Origin: Bryobacterales bacterium
Lineage (GTDB): Bacteria; Acidobacteriota; Terriglobia; Bryobacterales; UBA6623
Direction: 5' to 3'
NCBI GenBank assembly: GCA_965214915.1
Contig: CBDCCP010000002.1
Location: 480,844 to 544,843 of the forward strand
DNA: 64,000 bases
Part shown: one piece after another, positions 1 to 9,679 of the stretch
How positions within the stretch are numbered: position 1 is the stretch's first letter
Layout of the letters: each line of letters begins with the position of its first letter
Notes under the pieces: model-generated
What the model was told of the DNA's origin: nothing
Databases searched by the model: none
Seen by the model: the letters and a program-made list of their open reading frames with translations, nothing else
Made by a program: the position numbers and the translations under genes

Positions 1-833
1 GGGCGTCCGGCGCGGTTATTGGACCAGGTGTTGGCGTCGAGTTTCTGATTGCGGAAGTATTCGTAGAAGCTGCCGTGCAAGTCGCGGCCGCCGCTGCGCG
101 TCACGAAGCGTATCTGCCCGCCGGCCGAGCGCCCGTACTCCGCGTTGTAGTTCGCGGTGAGAATCTGCATTTCCTGAACGGTTTCGAGATCCGCCGTGCC
201 GATGGATGTGCCGTTCGCCCGCGTACGCACGTTGACCGCGCCGTCATAGGCGATGATGTTGTCCTGACTGCGCGATCCGTTGATCGAAAATCCGCCGCTG
301 GTCAGGCCGAAGCTGAAGGCGTTGATCGACCCGTTGCGGCGGACGCCCGGCTTCAGCAACGCCAAGAAAAGCGGGTTGCGGCCATTCAGAATCGTGTTCT
401 GGATCTGCTTTTGCTCGACCAATTTGCCGACCGTTGCGGTTTCGGACTGAATCCGCGCCGCGTCGGCAACCACTTCGATCGTCTCGGTCACGGCGCCGAG
501 CTCGAGGACGATGTCCACGGTGGCCGGCAGGTTCGGGTCGAGCTTGTTCTGCGTACTGACCGCTCGTTTGAAGCCTTCCGATTCCACCGCGACCGTGTAC
601 AGTCCGGGCGGCAGGCTCGAAAGCACGTAATAACCGTTTTCGTTGCTCTGCGTCGAGCGTTCCAGGCCGGTTCCTTCGTTGGTTGCGGCAACCGCGGCGC
701 CGGGTACGACGGCGCCGGTGGCGTCCTTGACGAAACCCGAGAGCTGGGTTGTGTCGGACTGCCCGAAGGCCCCATACGGAACGGCCGCGACGAAAAAGAA
801 CGCCGCCGTTGCGAACTTCACCGTGCGATTCAT
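1..833 (-). CDS. TonB-dependent receptor, N-terminal portion (signal peptide, carboxypeptidase-regulatory-like domain, plug); the 3' end lies beyond the left window edge
   Basis: Own translation of the minus strand from the ATG at complement 831-833: MNRTVKFATAAFFFVAAVPYGAFGQSDTTQLSGFVKDATGAVVPGAAVAATNEGTGLERSTQSNENGYYVLSSLPPGLYTVAVESEGFK...ANYNAEYGRSAGGQIRFVTRSGG. Same architecture as the 21942-25208 protein. Absent from the ORF track because it has no stop in the window. Confidence 0.8.
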   Translation of the reverse strand, partial: MNRTVKFATAAFFFVAAVPYGAFGQSDTTQLSGFVKDATGAVVPGAAVAATNEGTGLERSTQSNENGYYVLSSLPPGLYTVAVESEGFKRAVSTQNKLDPNLPATVDIVLELGAVTETIEVVADAARIQSETATVGKLVEQKQIQNTILNGRNPLFLALLKPGVRRNGSINAFSFGLTSGGFSINGSRSQDNIIAYDGAVNVRTRANGTSIGTADLETVQEMQILTANYNAEYGRSAGGQIRFVTRSGGRDLHGSFYEYFRNQKLDANTWSNNRAGR

Positions 834-946
834 GATTGAAACACCCCCAAGCGCTCAGGATACCAACCGCGATTTTTTTCAAGCTCATTCTTGTACTGGA
901 AAACACATTGAATACGCGGGGAAGGCCCTTGACGGATAATGCGCAT

Positions 947-1402
947 ATGCAATCCGAATGTGGCGAAAGCGCGCGAGAGATTTTTCGGGATTGTCCGGAG
1001 TGTCCGCAGATGGCGGTCGTGCCGGCGGGGAGCTACTCGATGGGTTCGCCGGAGAGCGAGGAAGGCCGCGAAGACGGCGAGGGGCCGCGGCATGAAGTGC
1101 GCATCGACAAGGAGTTTGCGGTAGGCATCTACGCGGTGACGTTCGCGGAGTGGGACGCCTGCGCGGCCCAAGGCGGGTGCGGCGGCTACAAGCCGAGCGA
1201 CGGTACGGCTTGGGAAACGCAGAACATCGTCGAGCGGATGCAAGAGCGCCGGCACGGCGGCCGCCGCGTGTTGCGGGGCGGCTCCTGGAGCAACGATCCG
1301 GCGGGCTTGCGCTCGGCGGCCCGCGCCAAGCTCGTCGCGGGTTTCCGCGGCGTCAGCGGTTTCCGCGTCGCCCGCGGACTTTCCTCTGGAGTGAAGGCAT
1401 AA
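947..1402 (+). CDS. Formylglycine-generating enzyme (FGE/SUMF1) family protein, short form with an apparent internal deletion
   Basis: The FRDCPECPQMAVVPAGSYSMGSP...EGPRHEVRIDKEFAVGIYAVTFAEWDAC N-terminal block and the RVLRGGSWSNDPAGLRSAAR...GFRVARGL C-terminal block are typical of the family. The roughly 120-aa central part is missing. ATG 947 is in frame with track ORF 836-1402. Confidence 0.6.
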   Translation: MQSECGESAREIFRDCPECPQMAVVPAGSYSMGSPESEEGREDGEGPRHEVRIDKEFAVGIYAVTFAEWDACAAQGGCGGYKPSDGTAWETQNIVERMQERRHGGRRVLRGGSWSNDPAGLRSAARAKLVAGFRGVSGFRVARGLSSGVKA

Positions 1403-1420
1403 TAGGTTTTCGTTTGCGTC

Positions 1421-3502
1421 ATGATGCTGTTGCGCCAAGCCCGCGGGAAACGGTTGTTCCGCGCCGGCTGGATACTGCTCCGGAGCGCGGCGCTGCTTCC
1501 GTCCTTGGCATTGTTGCCTGCCGCCGGCCCGGATTTTTCAGGGCTCGAAGAGATCCGCCCGATCGCGCGCCGCTACTGCTTCGCCTGTCATAGCTCCCTG
1601 GCGCGGAGCGGAGGGATCGACCTGGAAGAGTTGCTGCTGCGCGACCCACAGGCCGCCCCGGAGAACTGGAAAACCGCATTGGGCGTTCTGCGCGCCGGGG
1701 AAATGCCGCCGCCCGGCGCGGACCGGCCCGCGCAGCGGGAACGGAAGGCGCTGATCGCGGGCATCGACCGTTGGCTGCGGGCGAACCGGCCCGGCGGGCG
1801 GGCTCCGGCATACCGCATCGCGCGGCGGCTGACTCGCGGCGAATATACGCACACGATCCGCGATTTGCTGGAATTGCCGGCCGATCCGTTCATCCTCCCG
1901 GAACAGTTTGCGAAGGATAAGGCGTATTTTCGGCCGTCGTCGGGAATCATGGCGCGGCGGGTCGAAGTCGATCACGAGCAAACGAGCAACAATCCTCCCC
2001 TGACGCGCTATCCGGGCATCGCCACTCTGCCCGCCGACAGCCGCGCGGAGCACGGGTTCGCCAATCGCAGCGATCAGGTCAGCCTCTCTCCGGCGCTGCT
2101 GGAGAAGTATTTCGCCGTAGCCCGCGACCTTCTCTTTCACGCCGATTTCCCGCGCGATCATCCGCTTTTTCGATCTCCCGACGCCGGCCTGTCGGAGATC
2201 GAAGCGGCGCGCCGCCGGCTCGCCGCTTTCCTGCCCCGGGCGTTCCGCCGGCCCGCAGAGAAAGGCGAAGTCAAGCGGTATCTCGACCTGTACCGGCGGT
2301 CGCGCCGAGAGGGGAACGACTTCCCCACCGCCGCCAGGCACATGGTCTTGGGCGTCCTGTCGTCGCCGCATTTTCTGATGCGGGTCGAAAAGAGCGCTCC
2401 GTCAGGCGCGCCGGATGCTTACGACCTGGCTTCGAGGCTTGCTTATTTCTTGTGGACGAGCATGCCCGACGAAGCGCTGTTCGCCGTGGCGGGGGAAGGC
2501 GGTCTTCACCAGCCCGAACGGCTCGCGGAGCAGGCGCGGCGGATGCTGCGCGACCCGAAATCGAAAGCGCTCGCCGAGCATTTCGGCGGCCCCTGGATGC
2601 GCTTGGGGCAGGTGGCCGCGGTCATTCCCGATCTGGACTCGTTCCCCAGCTATTACGAGCCCGCCGGCCCCGCGCGCCGCCGCACCGTGGGTTTGCACAT
2701 GATGCTCGAGGCGCTGCTGCTGTTCGAGACGGCGCTGGTCGAGAACCGCAGCATTCTGGACTTTATCGACGCCGACTTCACCTATCTCAATGAGAATCTC
2801 GCCGCGTTTTACGGGCTGCGGCATCTCTATCCGGCGCTCCCGGAAACCGCCGCAAGGTCGGCCGGCAGGCGGACCTGGTTCCGCATGCGGCTGGACGACC
2901 GCCGCCGGGGCGGCGTGCTCACGCTCGGCTCGACCCTGACTCTCACCTCGCTCCCCAAACGCACCAGCCCGATCGCCCGGGGCGCATGGATTGCGGACGT
3001 CGTGTTCAACCGGCCGCCGCCCCCGCCGCCTCCGGGAATCGAGCCGCTCGAGGAAACCGACCTGCGCGGATTGCGCAGCCTGCCGTTGCGGGAGCAGGTC
3101 GTGCGGCACAGCCAAGACCCTGCCTGCGCTTCGTGCCACGAGCGCATCGATCCGTTGGGCTTTGCTCTCGAGCGCTACAACGCCGTCGGACTGTGGCGCG
3201 AGTACGATTCCGGGGCGCCGGTCGACGCTTCGGGCAAGCTGCGCGGTGGCGCGGCGTTCAAAGGCCCGGTCGAATTGAAGGACGCGCTGCTCGAGCGCCC
3301 GGAATTGTTCGCCCGCGGGTTTGTCGAGCAACTGCTTGCGTACGCCCTGGGCCGCGAGTTGACGGCGTTCGACGATCCGACGGTCAGCGATATTCTCGAC
3401 GAAGTGCGCGGCGGCGGTTATCGGCTGCAAGATATCGTCGTCGCCCTTGTAAAAAATCCGGCATTCCGTCAAACTCATAGCAACCGAGGCGTTTCGAGAT
3501 GA
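1421..3502 (+). CDS. DUF1592/DUF1588-type protein with an N-terminal CxxCH heme motif (planctomycete cytochrome-like family)
   Basis: 693-aa ORF. CFACHS motif near the N-terminus and DPACASCHERIDPLGFALERYNAVGLWR near the C-terminus. ATGA overlap with the downstream DUF1552 partner. Confidence 0.8.
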   Translation: MMLLRQARGKRLFRAGWILLRSAALLPSLALLPAAGPDFSGLEEIRPIARRYCFACHSSLARSGGIDLEELLLRDPQAAPENWKTALGVLRAGEMPPPGADRPAQRERKALIAGIDRWLRANRPGGRAPAYRIARRLTRGEYTHTIRDLLELPADPFILPEQFAKDKAYFRPSSGIMARRVEVDHEQTSNNPPLTRYPGIATLPADSRAEHGFANRSDQVSLSPALLEKYFAVARDLLFHADFPRDHPLFRSPDAGLSEIEAARRRLAAFLPRAFRRPAEKGEVKRYLDLYRRSRREGNDFPTAARHMVLGVLSSPHFLMRVEKSAPSGAPDAYDLASRLAYFLWTSMPDEALFAVAGEGGLHQPERLAEQARRMLRDPKSKALAEHFGGPWMRLGQVAAVIPDLDSFPSYYEPAGPARRRTVGLHMMLEALLLFETALVENRSILDFIDADFTYLNENLAAFYGLRHLYPALPETAARSAGRRTWFRMRLDDRRRGGVLTLGSTLTLTSLPKRTSPIARGAWIADVVFNRPPPPPPPGIEPLEETDLRGLRSLPLREQVVRHSQDPACASCHERIDPLGFALERYNAVGLWREYDSGAPVDASGKLRGGAAFKGPVELKDALLERPELFARGFVEQLLAYALGRELTAFDDPTVSDILDEVRGGGYRLQDIVVALVKNPAFRQTHSNRGVSR

Positions 3503-4794
3503 GCAAGCGGCTTTCCAGGCGAACCGTTTTGCGCGGCATCGGCGGAGGCATGATGCTGCCTTGGCTGGAGGCCATGGCCGCAGGCAAGCCGCCCAACGGC
3601 GAACCGCCCCTGCGGATGGGCTTTTTCTACCTGCAGAACGGCATCGTCCCGGAGTTCTGGTTCCCGCAGAAAACCGGCGCCGATTTCGAGTTGCCGCCGT
3701 CGCTCGAACCGCTGGCGCCGGTGCGCGGCGAAGTGATCGTCTTCAGCGGCCTCGACCGGGTCTTCGGCGGGGGCACCGACGTTCACGCGCAGTGCGCTTC
3801 CTGCTGGATGACCAGCGCCCCGCCCACTGAGAAGCCCGACGGCATGTTCCCCATCGACGCCACCGTCGATCAATACATCGCCGCGGCGCAACGCAAGCAG
3901 AGCGTGCTGCCGTCGCTCGAGCTCACCTGCAACACGTTCAGGGGGAACAAGGAATCGAAGTATCTGCGCACCATCTCATGGTTCGGTCCGGGCTCGTCGG
4001 CCAAGGCCGAGAACGACCCCCGCGCCGTGTACCGCCGGCTGTTCGGAATGGATGCCGGCGGGCCGGTGGAGCGCAGCATTCTCGATATCGTCCGCGGCGA
4101 GGCGAAAGCGCTGCGGCGTCGATTGAGCGCGCCCGACCGCCGCAAGGTCGATGAGTATTTCGAATCGGTGCGGTCGATCGAGCGCCGCATGACGCAACTC
4201 GAGCGCCGCGCCCGGGAACAGAAAGAGATCCCGCTGGGCGAGCCGGCCGGAATGCCGGCCGAGCGCAGCGCATACATCCGCACGATGGGCGATCTGATTG
4301 CGCTGGCGTTCCAACTCGACCTGACCCGAGTCGTCAGCATGATGTTCGGGCCCGAGCGCTGGAACGCTCCGCAGTTTTACGACGGCGTGTTCGACAAGCC
4401 CGAAGTCCATCACACGCTGACCCACGCGATGAACAAGGACGACGAAGCGCGTCGCAAGGTTGCCCTCATCGACCGCTTTCGCGTCGCGCAGTACGCCTAT
4501 CTCGTGCAAAAGCTTCGGGAAATTCCCGAAGGCGAGGGTGTGCTGCTCGACCGCTGCGTGCTGACCCTCGGAGCGGGCCTGGGCAACGGCAACCTGCACA
4601 ACTACGACCATCTGGCGACCGTCACGGCCGGCCGCGGCATCGGGCCGCATGCTCGCGTCCCCATCCGCACCGGCCGCCACGTGCGCTGCCCGGAAGGGAC
4701 GCCGCTGGCGAACTTGTGGCTGTCGCTGCTGGCGCGCAATGGACTCCACCGCGAGCGCTTCGCCGACAGCACGGCCCCGCTGAACTTGGCCTGA
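3499..4794 (+). CDS. DUF1552 domain protein with a Tat-like signal
   Basis: 431-aa ORF with N-terminus MSKRLSRRTVLRGIGGGMMLPWLEAM. Usual partner of DUF1592 proteins. 4-nt overlap with the upstream gene. Confidence 0.8.
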   Translation: MSKRLSRRTVLRGIGGGMMLPWLEAMAAGKPPNGEPPLRMGFFYLQNGIVPEFWFPQKTGADFELPPSLEPLAPVRGEVIVFSGLDRVFGGGTDVHAQCASCWMTSAPPTEKPDGMFPIDATVDQYIAAAQRKQSVLPSLELTCNTFRGNKESKYLRTISWFGPGSSAKAENDPRAVYRRLFGMDAGGPVERSILDIVRGEAKALRRRLSAPDRRKVDEYFESVRSIERRMTQLERRAREQKEIPLGEPAGMPAERSAYIRTMGDLIALAFQLDLTRVVSMMFGPERWNAPQFYDGVFDKPEVHHTLTHAMNKDDEARRKVALIDRFRVAQYAYLVQKLREIPEGEGVLLDRCVLTLGAGLGNGNLHNYDHLATVTAGRGIGPHARVPIRTGRHVRCPEGTPLANLWLSLLARNGLHRERFADSTAPLNLA

Positions 4795-4804
4795 AGCGGC
4801 CCAT

Positions 4805-5251
4805 CTATTGCCAGTAGTGGAGCTTGCGGCCTTGCGAATCGGTGAATTCCCCGGTCACAATCATGACGCAGTCGTAGATGACTCCGACGAATAGAAATCC
4901 GCCGGTAATCAGGAACAGAACCGCCGTGCCGGTCTTGCCGGCGTAGAAGCGATGCATGCCCAGGAACCCCAGGAACAGACAGAGCAGCAACGCCGTGAGC
5001 CGATTCAACCCTGACGGATTCGCGACGACTCTTCCGCCGCCGGCTGCTGCGGGATCGGCTGCTTGGCCCAGGCGCCAGCCGCAAGCGCCGCAAAATGCGT
5101 CTCCGGCGTCCATCTCGGCGCCGCATTGGGGGCAGAAAAGCGAGTCGCCCGAGCCCGCCGGAGGGGCTTCCGCCGTCTCTGCCTGCGGCGCTTCGAGCGG
5201 ATCGGCCGCTTCTTCGTTTGGTTGTGGGTCTTGACTTCGGATCTCGCTCAT
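4805..5251 (-). CDS. Zinc-ribbon plus TM2 domain membrane protein
   Basis: CPQCGAEMDAGDAFCGACG zinc-ribbon motif followed by GMHRFYAGKTGTAVLFLITGGFLFVGVIYDCVMI (TM2 signature). Start taken at MSEIRSQ (complement 5249-5251). Confidence 0.7.
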   Translation of the reverse strand: MSEIRSQDPQPNEEAADPLEAPQAETAEAPPAGSGDSLFCPQCGAEMDAGDAFCGACGWRLGQAADPAAAGGGRVVANPSGLNRLTALLLCLFLGFLGMHRFYAGKTGTAVLFLITGGFLFVGVIYDCVMIVTGEFTDSQGRKLHYWQ

Positions 5252-5342
5252 TCTGCCCAAATAATACGGACTCGCGCACGGAAAGTTCACCGGACGCCTT
5301 GCCGCCGGCGATTCTGCTAGACTACCGCGCTAAGCGGACAGC

Positions 5343-8300
5343 ATGGTCCATGGCTCTCTCAAAAACCCGCATGCCGTCGTTGTCGGCGCGTTGACCGTGC
5401 TGTTGCTCGGCGGCGTCGCGGCGTCGCGCGTCGCCACCGACATTCTGCCGATTTTCACCACTCCGGCGGTCCAGGTGCTGACGCTGTACCCCGGCATGCC
5501 GGCGGAGGTGATGGAAAAAGACATCACCAGCCGTCTGGAGCGCTGGACCGGCCAGGCGAACGGCATCGCCCGCCAGGAGGCGCGGTCGATGAACGGCGTT
5601 TCGATCGTGCGCGACTACTTCCGGCCCGATATCGACGCCAACACGGCCATGTCGCAGGTGTCGTCGCTGGCCATCGCGGATATGTATTACCTGCCGCCGG
5701 GCACGATTCCCCCCATGATTATGCCCTTCGACCCGACCGCCAGCCGGCCGCTCTGTCTGGTGAGCGTCAGTAGCTCCACATTCGACGAAACGCAGCTTTA
5801 CGACATCGCCTATTTCGAGCTCCGCAACCGCCTGCAAGGCATCACCGGCGTCATCGCGCCGGCCGTGTACGGCGGACGCATCCGGCGCGTTCTTGCCTAC
5901 GTCGACCGCGACAAGCTGACGGCTCGCAATCTTTCCGCAATGGACGTGGTCCGCGCGCTCAAGGACTTCAACACGTTCATCCCCACCGGAAACGCCAAGA
6001 TCGGGCCGTTCGACTACCAGATCAACGCCAACGGCATGGTCCGCGATGTCGATGAAATGAATCTTTTTCCGATTCGCATTGGCAAGGGCGGGGCGCCGGT
6101 CGCCATTCGCGACGTCGGCGAGGTGGAAGACACCCACCAGATTCAGTCGAACATCGTGCGTGTGAACGGCCGGCGGCAAGTGTACATCCCCATCTACCGG
6201 CAGCCGGGCGCGAACACGATCGCCGTGGTGGACGGCATCAAGCAGACGCTCTCCACGATCCTGGAGCGCCTGCCCAAAGGCGTCAATCTCGACGTCGTCC
6301 TCGATCAGTCGATATACGTGCGCAAGGCGATCGGCAGCTTGCAGCGCGAGGCGCTGTTGGGGGCGCTGCTCGCCGCATTGATGATCTGGCTCTTCATCGG
6401 CAGTTTGCGCTCGACCGGGGTCATCATGCTCTCGGTGCCGCTGTCGATCACGGCGGCGGTCGCCGGCCTCTACTTTACGGGAGATACGCTCAACGCCATG
6501 ACCCTGGGCGGCCTGGCGTTGGCCGTGGGCCGCCTGGTGGACGACTCGATCGTCGTTCTCGAAAACACGCATCGGCATCTCGACATGGGCAAATCCCCGC
6601 GCGAGGCGGCGCGGGCGGGAGCGGACGAGGTGCGCACTCCGATTCTCGTGGCCACCGCCGTCACGATCGTGGTTTTCGCGCCGGTCCTTTTCCTGACCGG
6701 AATCGGCAAGTTTTTGTTCACGCCGCTGGCTCTGAGCGTCACCTTGGCGATGTTGGCTTCGTATGCCGTAGCGTTGACCGTGGTTCCCGCTTATTGCAGC
6801 CGGTTTCTGCGGCCCGGAAGCCTGCGCCAGGGCGGTTTCGAGCGTTTGCGGGAGGCGTATGTGCGCCTGCTCGACGCGGCGCTGCGCCGCAGCGGCCTCG
6901 CGCTGTTGCTGGTCGCCGCGGTCGTTGCCGCTTCCGTCCCGCTCTACTGGCGCATCGGCCGCGAGCTTTTCCCGCGGCTCGACACGGGCGAGTTCTCGAT
7001 TCAGGTCAGGGCCGCCTCGGGAACGCGCATCGAGAAAACCGAGGAGCAAGTCGCCGCAGTGGAAAAAGTCGTAACCGAGGCGCTTGGCGACGATCTGGAG
7101 TTGCTCATCTCCAATACGGGAGTGCTGTACGACTGGCCCGCCGCCTACACCCGCAATGCGGGGCCGATGGACTCGACGCTCATGGTCCAACTGAAGCCGG
7201 AACACGCAACCCCGTCGTTCGATCACGTGCGCAAGCTGCGGGCGTTGCTGGCCGAGCGCTTTCCTCGTCTCGAGTTTTCGTTCGAGACGGGCGGAATGAT
7301 CAGCTCGGCGATCAACTTCGGGCTGCCCTCGCCGATCAACGTCCGCATTCAGGGCAACGATATGGCCCAGGCCGCGGAGCTCGCGCGGGAAGCGCAGCGA
7401 GTGATTCGGGCGGTTCCCGGAACGGCCGACGTGCGCATCCAACAGAAGCTCGATTACCCGCAGCTCGCGCTCGACATCGACCGCGAGAAGGCGGCCCTGC
7501 TGGGCATCAACGCCGACGAGGCGGTCAAGAACATCGTGGCGAGCTTGAACTCCAGCGTGAATTTCGACCCCGCGTTCTGGATCGACGAGCGCAACGGCAA
7601 CCACTATTTCGTCGGCGCGCAATACCGCGAGGAAGATATCGATTCCATCGACACGCTGCTCGACATTCCCATCACTTCGCCAAGCCAAGCCGCGACCGCC
7701 GCGCTGACTTCGGACGTATCGCGGGCCGCGCCGCGCCCGCCCGCATCCGCTGCCGCGGCGCCCGTGCTGCTGCGCAACATCGCCTCGATTCGGCGCGAAA
7801 CGGCGCCGACCGAGCTGACGCATCTGAACATCAGCCGCGTGACGGATGTCTTCGCCAACGTCGAAGGGCGCGACGTCGGCGGCGTTTCCGCGGATATCGA
7901 ACGCGGCTTGGCGGGGATCGAAACGCCCGAAGGATACTCGATCGCATTGCGCGGCGAAACGCAGGCGATCGCGGAATCGTTCGGCGGCCTGGCTTTCGGC
8001 TTCGCTTTGGCGGTCGTTCTGGTCTATTTCGTCATGGTGGCGCTGTTTCGCAGCTTTCTGGACCCGCTCATCGTGATGCCGGCCGTGCCCCTGGGCCTGG
8101 TCGGCGTGCTGTGGATCCTCTGGGCGACCGGCACGACGCTCAACATTCAATCTTTCATGGGCACGATCTTCATGATCGGCATCGCGGCCTCGACCTCGAC
8201 TTTGCTCGTCGAGTTCGCCAACCGCCTGCGCGCCCGCGGGTTGAGCGCCCGCGACGCGGCGCTGGAATCGGCGCGGGTGCGGCTCCGGCCGATACTCATG

Positions 8301-8456
8301 ACCGCCGGAACAGCGCTGGCCGCCCTGCTGCCGCCGGCCCTCAACCCGGCCGAACCCATCATGCCGCTGGCGCGCGCGGTGATCGGGGGACTGACGACAT
8401 CGACGGTGCTGACGCTGGTGGCGGTTCCTCTGCTGTACCGGCAGTTCAAGAAATGA
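5343..8456 (+). CDS. Efflux RND transporter permease subunit (AcrB/CzcA superfamily)
   Basis: 1037-aa ORF with 12-TM RND architecture and typical N-terminus MVHGSLKNPHAVVVGALTVLLLGGVAASRVATDILPIF. Confidence 0.9.
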   Translation: MVHGSLKNPHAVVVGALTVLLLGGVAASRVATDILPIFTTPAVQVLTLYPGMPAEVMEKDITSRLERWTGQANGIARQEARSMNGVSIVRDYFRPDIDANTAMSQVSSLAIADMYYLPPGTIPPMIMPFDPTASRPLCLVSVSSSTFDETQLYDIAYFELRNRLQGITGVIAPAVYGGRIRRVLAYVDRDKLTARNLSAMDVVRALKDFNTFIPTGNAKIGPFDYQINANGMVRDVDEMNLFPIRIGKGGAPVAIRDVGEVEDTHQIQSNIVRVNGRRQVYIPIYRQPGANTIAVVDGIKQTLSTILERLPKGVNLDVVLDQSIYVRKAIGSLQREALLGALLAALMIWLFIGSLRSTGVIMLSVPLSITAAVAGLYFTGDTLNAMTLGGLALAVGRLVDDSIVVLENTHRHLDMGKSPREAARAGADEVRTPILVATAVTIVVFAPVLFLTGIGKFLFTPLALSVTLAMLASYAVALTVVPAYCSRFLRPGSLRQGGFERLREAYVRLLDAALRRSGLALLLVAAVVAASVPLYWRIGRELFPRLDTGEFSIQVRAASGTRIEKTEEQVAAVEKVVTEALGDDLELLISNTGVLYDWPAAYTRNAGPMDSTLMVQLKPEHATPSFDHVRKLRALLAERFPRLEFSFETGGMISSAINFGLPSPINVRIQGNDMAQAAELAREAQRVIRAVPGTADVRIQQKLDYPQLALDIDREKAALLGINADEAVKNIVASLNSSVNFDPAFWIDERNGNHYFVGAQYREEDIDSIDTLLDIPITSPSQAATAALTSDVSRAAPRPPASAAAAPVLLRNIASIRRETAPTELTHLNISRVTDVFANVEGRDVGGVSADIERGLAGIETPEGYSIALRGETQAIAESFGGLAFGFALAVVLVYFVMVALFRSFLDPLIVMPAVPLGLVGVLWILWATGTTLNIQSFMGTIFMIGIAASTSTLLVEFANRLRARGLSARDAALESARVRLRPILMTAGTALAALLPPALNPAEPIMPLARAVIGGLTTSTVLTLVAVPLLYRQFKK

Positions 8457-9667
8457 GCATGGTCGAGCGATTGCATTCCATGAGGCGCAACGGCGCCGTT
8501 CGGGCCGCGGCCCGGCTTGCCCTGCCGGTTGTCCTGGGCGCGCTGGGTTGCGGAACGCCGCCCGCTGCGCAGGAATCTCCCGTGGAGGACGCGGCCGTGC
8601 GCGTTACCGTCGTCAAGCCCGAAATCCGCACGCTTGCCGACACGATCGCTCTGGCCGGCGCCATCGTCGCCGAGGAGCAGGTTACGGTTTACGCGAGGAT
8701 CACGGGTTATTTGCAGTCCCTCGAGGTGGACATCGGCGACCGTGTCCGCGAGGGGCAGCCGTTGGCCGTGATCGAGGCGCCGGAACTGACGGCTTCCCTG
8801 GAAGAGAGGAAAGCCGCGTTGGCGGAAGCCGAGGCCGCCGTCGAGGAGGCGCGGGCCGCGGTGGGGCGGCACGAGGCCGATCTGAAATTCCGCCGCGCGA
8901 CGCTTGCCCGCCTGCAGGGCGTTCGCGAGCGGGACAAGGATCTGCTTCCTTTGCAGGAAGTGGAGCGGGCGGAGGCCGCCGCGGCCGCCGCCGAGAGCCT
9001 GCTACTCTCTGCGCGGGCCAAGACGCGAGTCGCCGAAGCCGCCGTTGCAAGCAGACGCGCCGCCTGGGAAACCATGAAGCGCCATGCGGAGTACGCAAGC
9101 ATCTCCGCGCCGATAAGCGGCGTCGTCACGGAACGGTTCGTCGATCCTGGAGCCTTGATACAGGCGGCGTCGTCGTCTCGAACGCAGGCCGCGCCACTGG
9201 TCTCCCTGGCCCGCGTCGACCGTGTCCGCGTTGTCGTGGACGTGCCCGAAACCGGCGCCGCGTTTGTCAAGCGGGGCACTCCCGCCGTCATTGCCGTCGA
9301 GGGGCTGGATGCAATCGCCGGCAAGGTCTCCCGCACGGCCGGGGCGCTCGGCGCGGCGACCCGCACCCTGCGGGCCGAGTGCGACTTGCCCAATCCCGAA
9401 GGCTTGTTGAAGCCCGGCATGACCGCCAAGGTTACGCTCGAATTGCGCCGACTCGAAGGCGCCGTCACCGTGCCGGTCGAGGCGTTGCAGGGCGAAGGGG
9501 TCTATATCGTGGAGGCGGCCGGGAGGGCCGTGTACCGCGAGGTTGTCACGGGCTTGCAGACGGGCGGCCGGGTGAGGATCGCGCAGGGGCTGTCGGCGGA
9601 CGACGCCGTGGTTCTCGACGCATCCGCGCCTCTGGCGAACAACGTCCCCGTCGTGGAAGTCCGCTGA
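8453..9667 (+). CDS. Efflux RND periplasmic adaptor (membrane fusion protein), lipoprotein
   Basis: The ATG at 8453 overlaps the RND stop (ATGA). Lipobox LGALGCG. Coiled-coil, beta-barrel and biotinyl-lipoyl-like segments (ITGYLQSLEVDIGDRVREGQPLAVIEAPEL). This is the 3' third of shadow ORF 6794-9667. Confidence 0.85.
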   Translation: MSMVERLHSMRRNGAVRAAARLALPVVLGALGCGTPPAAQESPVEDAAVRVTVVKPEIRTLADTIALAGAIVAEEQVTVYARITGYLQSLEVDIGDRVREGQPLAVIEAPELTASLEERKAALAEAEAAVEEARAAVGRHEADLKFRRATLARLQGVRERDKDLLPLQEVERAEAAAAAAESLLLSARAKTRVAEAAVASRRAAWETMKRHAEYASISAPISGVVTERFVDPGALIQAASSSRTQAAPLVSLARVDRVRVVVDVPETGAAFVKRGTPAVIAVEGLDAIAGKVSRTAGALGAATRTLRAECDLPNPEGLLKPGMTAKVTLELRRLEGAVTVPVEALQGEGVYIVEAAGRAVYREVVTGLQTGGRVRIAQGLSADDAVVLDASAPLANNVPVVEVR

Positions 9668-9679
9668 ATCGAGATCGCG

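Noticed and set aside
5322-8150. 942-aa minus-strand ORF antisense to the RND gene. Similar antisense ORFs occur at 10915-12588, 18620-20770, 57076-59463 and 59580-60836.
   Set aside because: These are typical stop-poor antisense frames of high-GC genes. Their sequences are Arg/Gly/Asp-rich without recognisable domains, and the opposite strand carries clear family-level proteins.
6794-9667. 957-aa plus-strand ORF, Arg/Gly/Ala-rich
   Set aside because: Its first two thirds are an out-of-frame shadow of the RND permease gene with high-GC, low-complexity composition. Only the last 404 codons, from ATG 8453, form the real adaptor gene.
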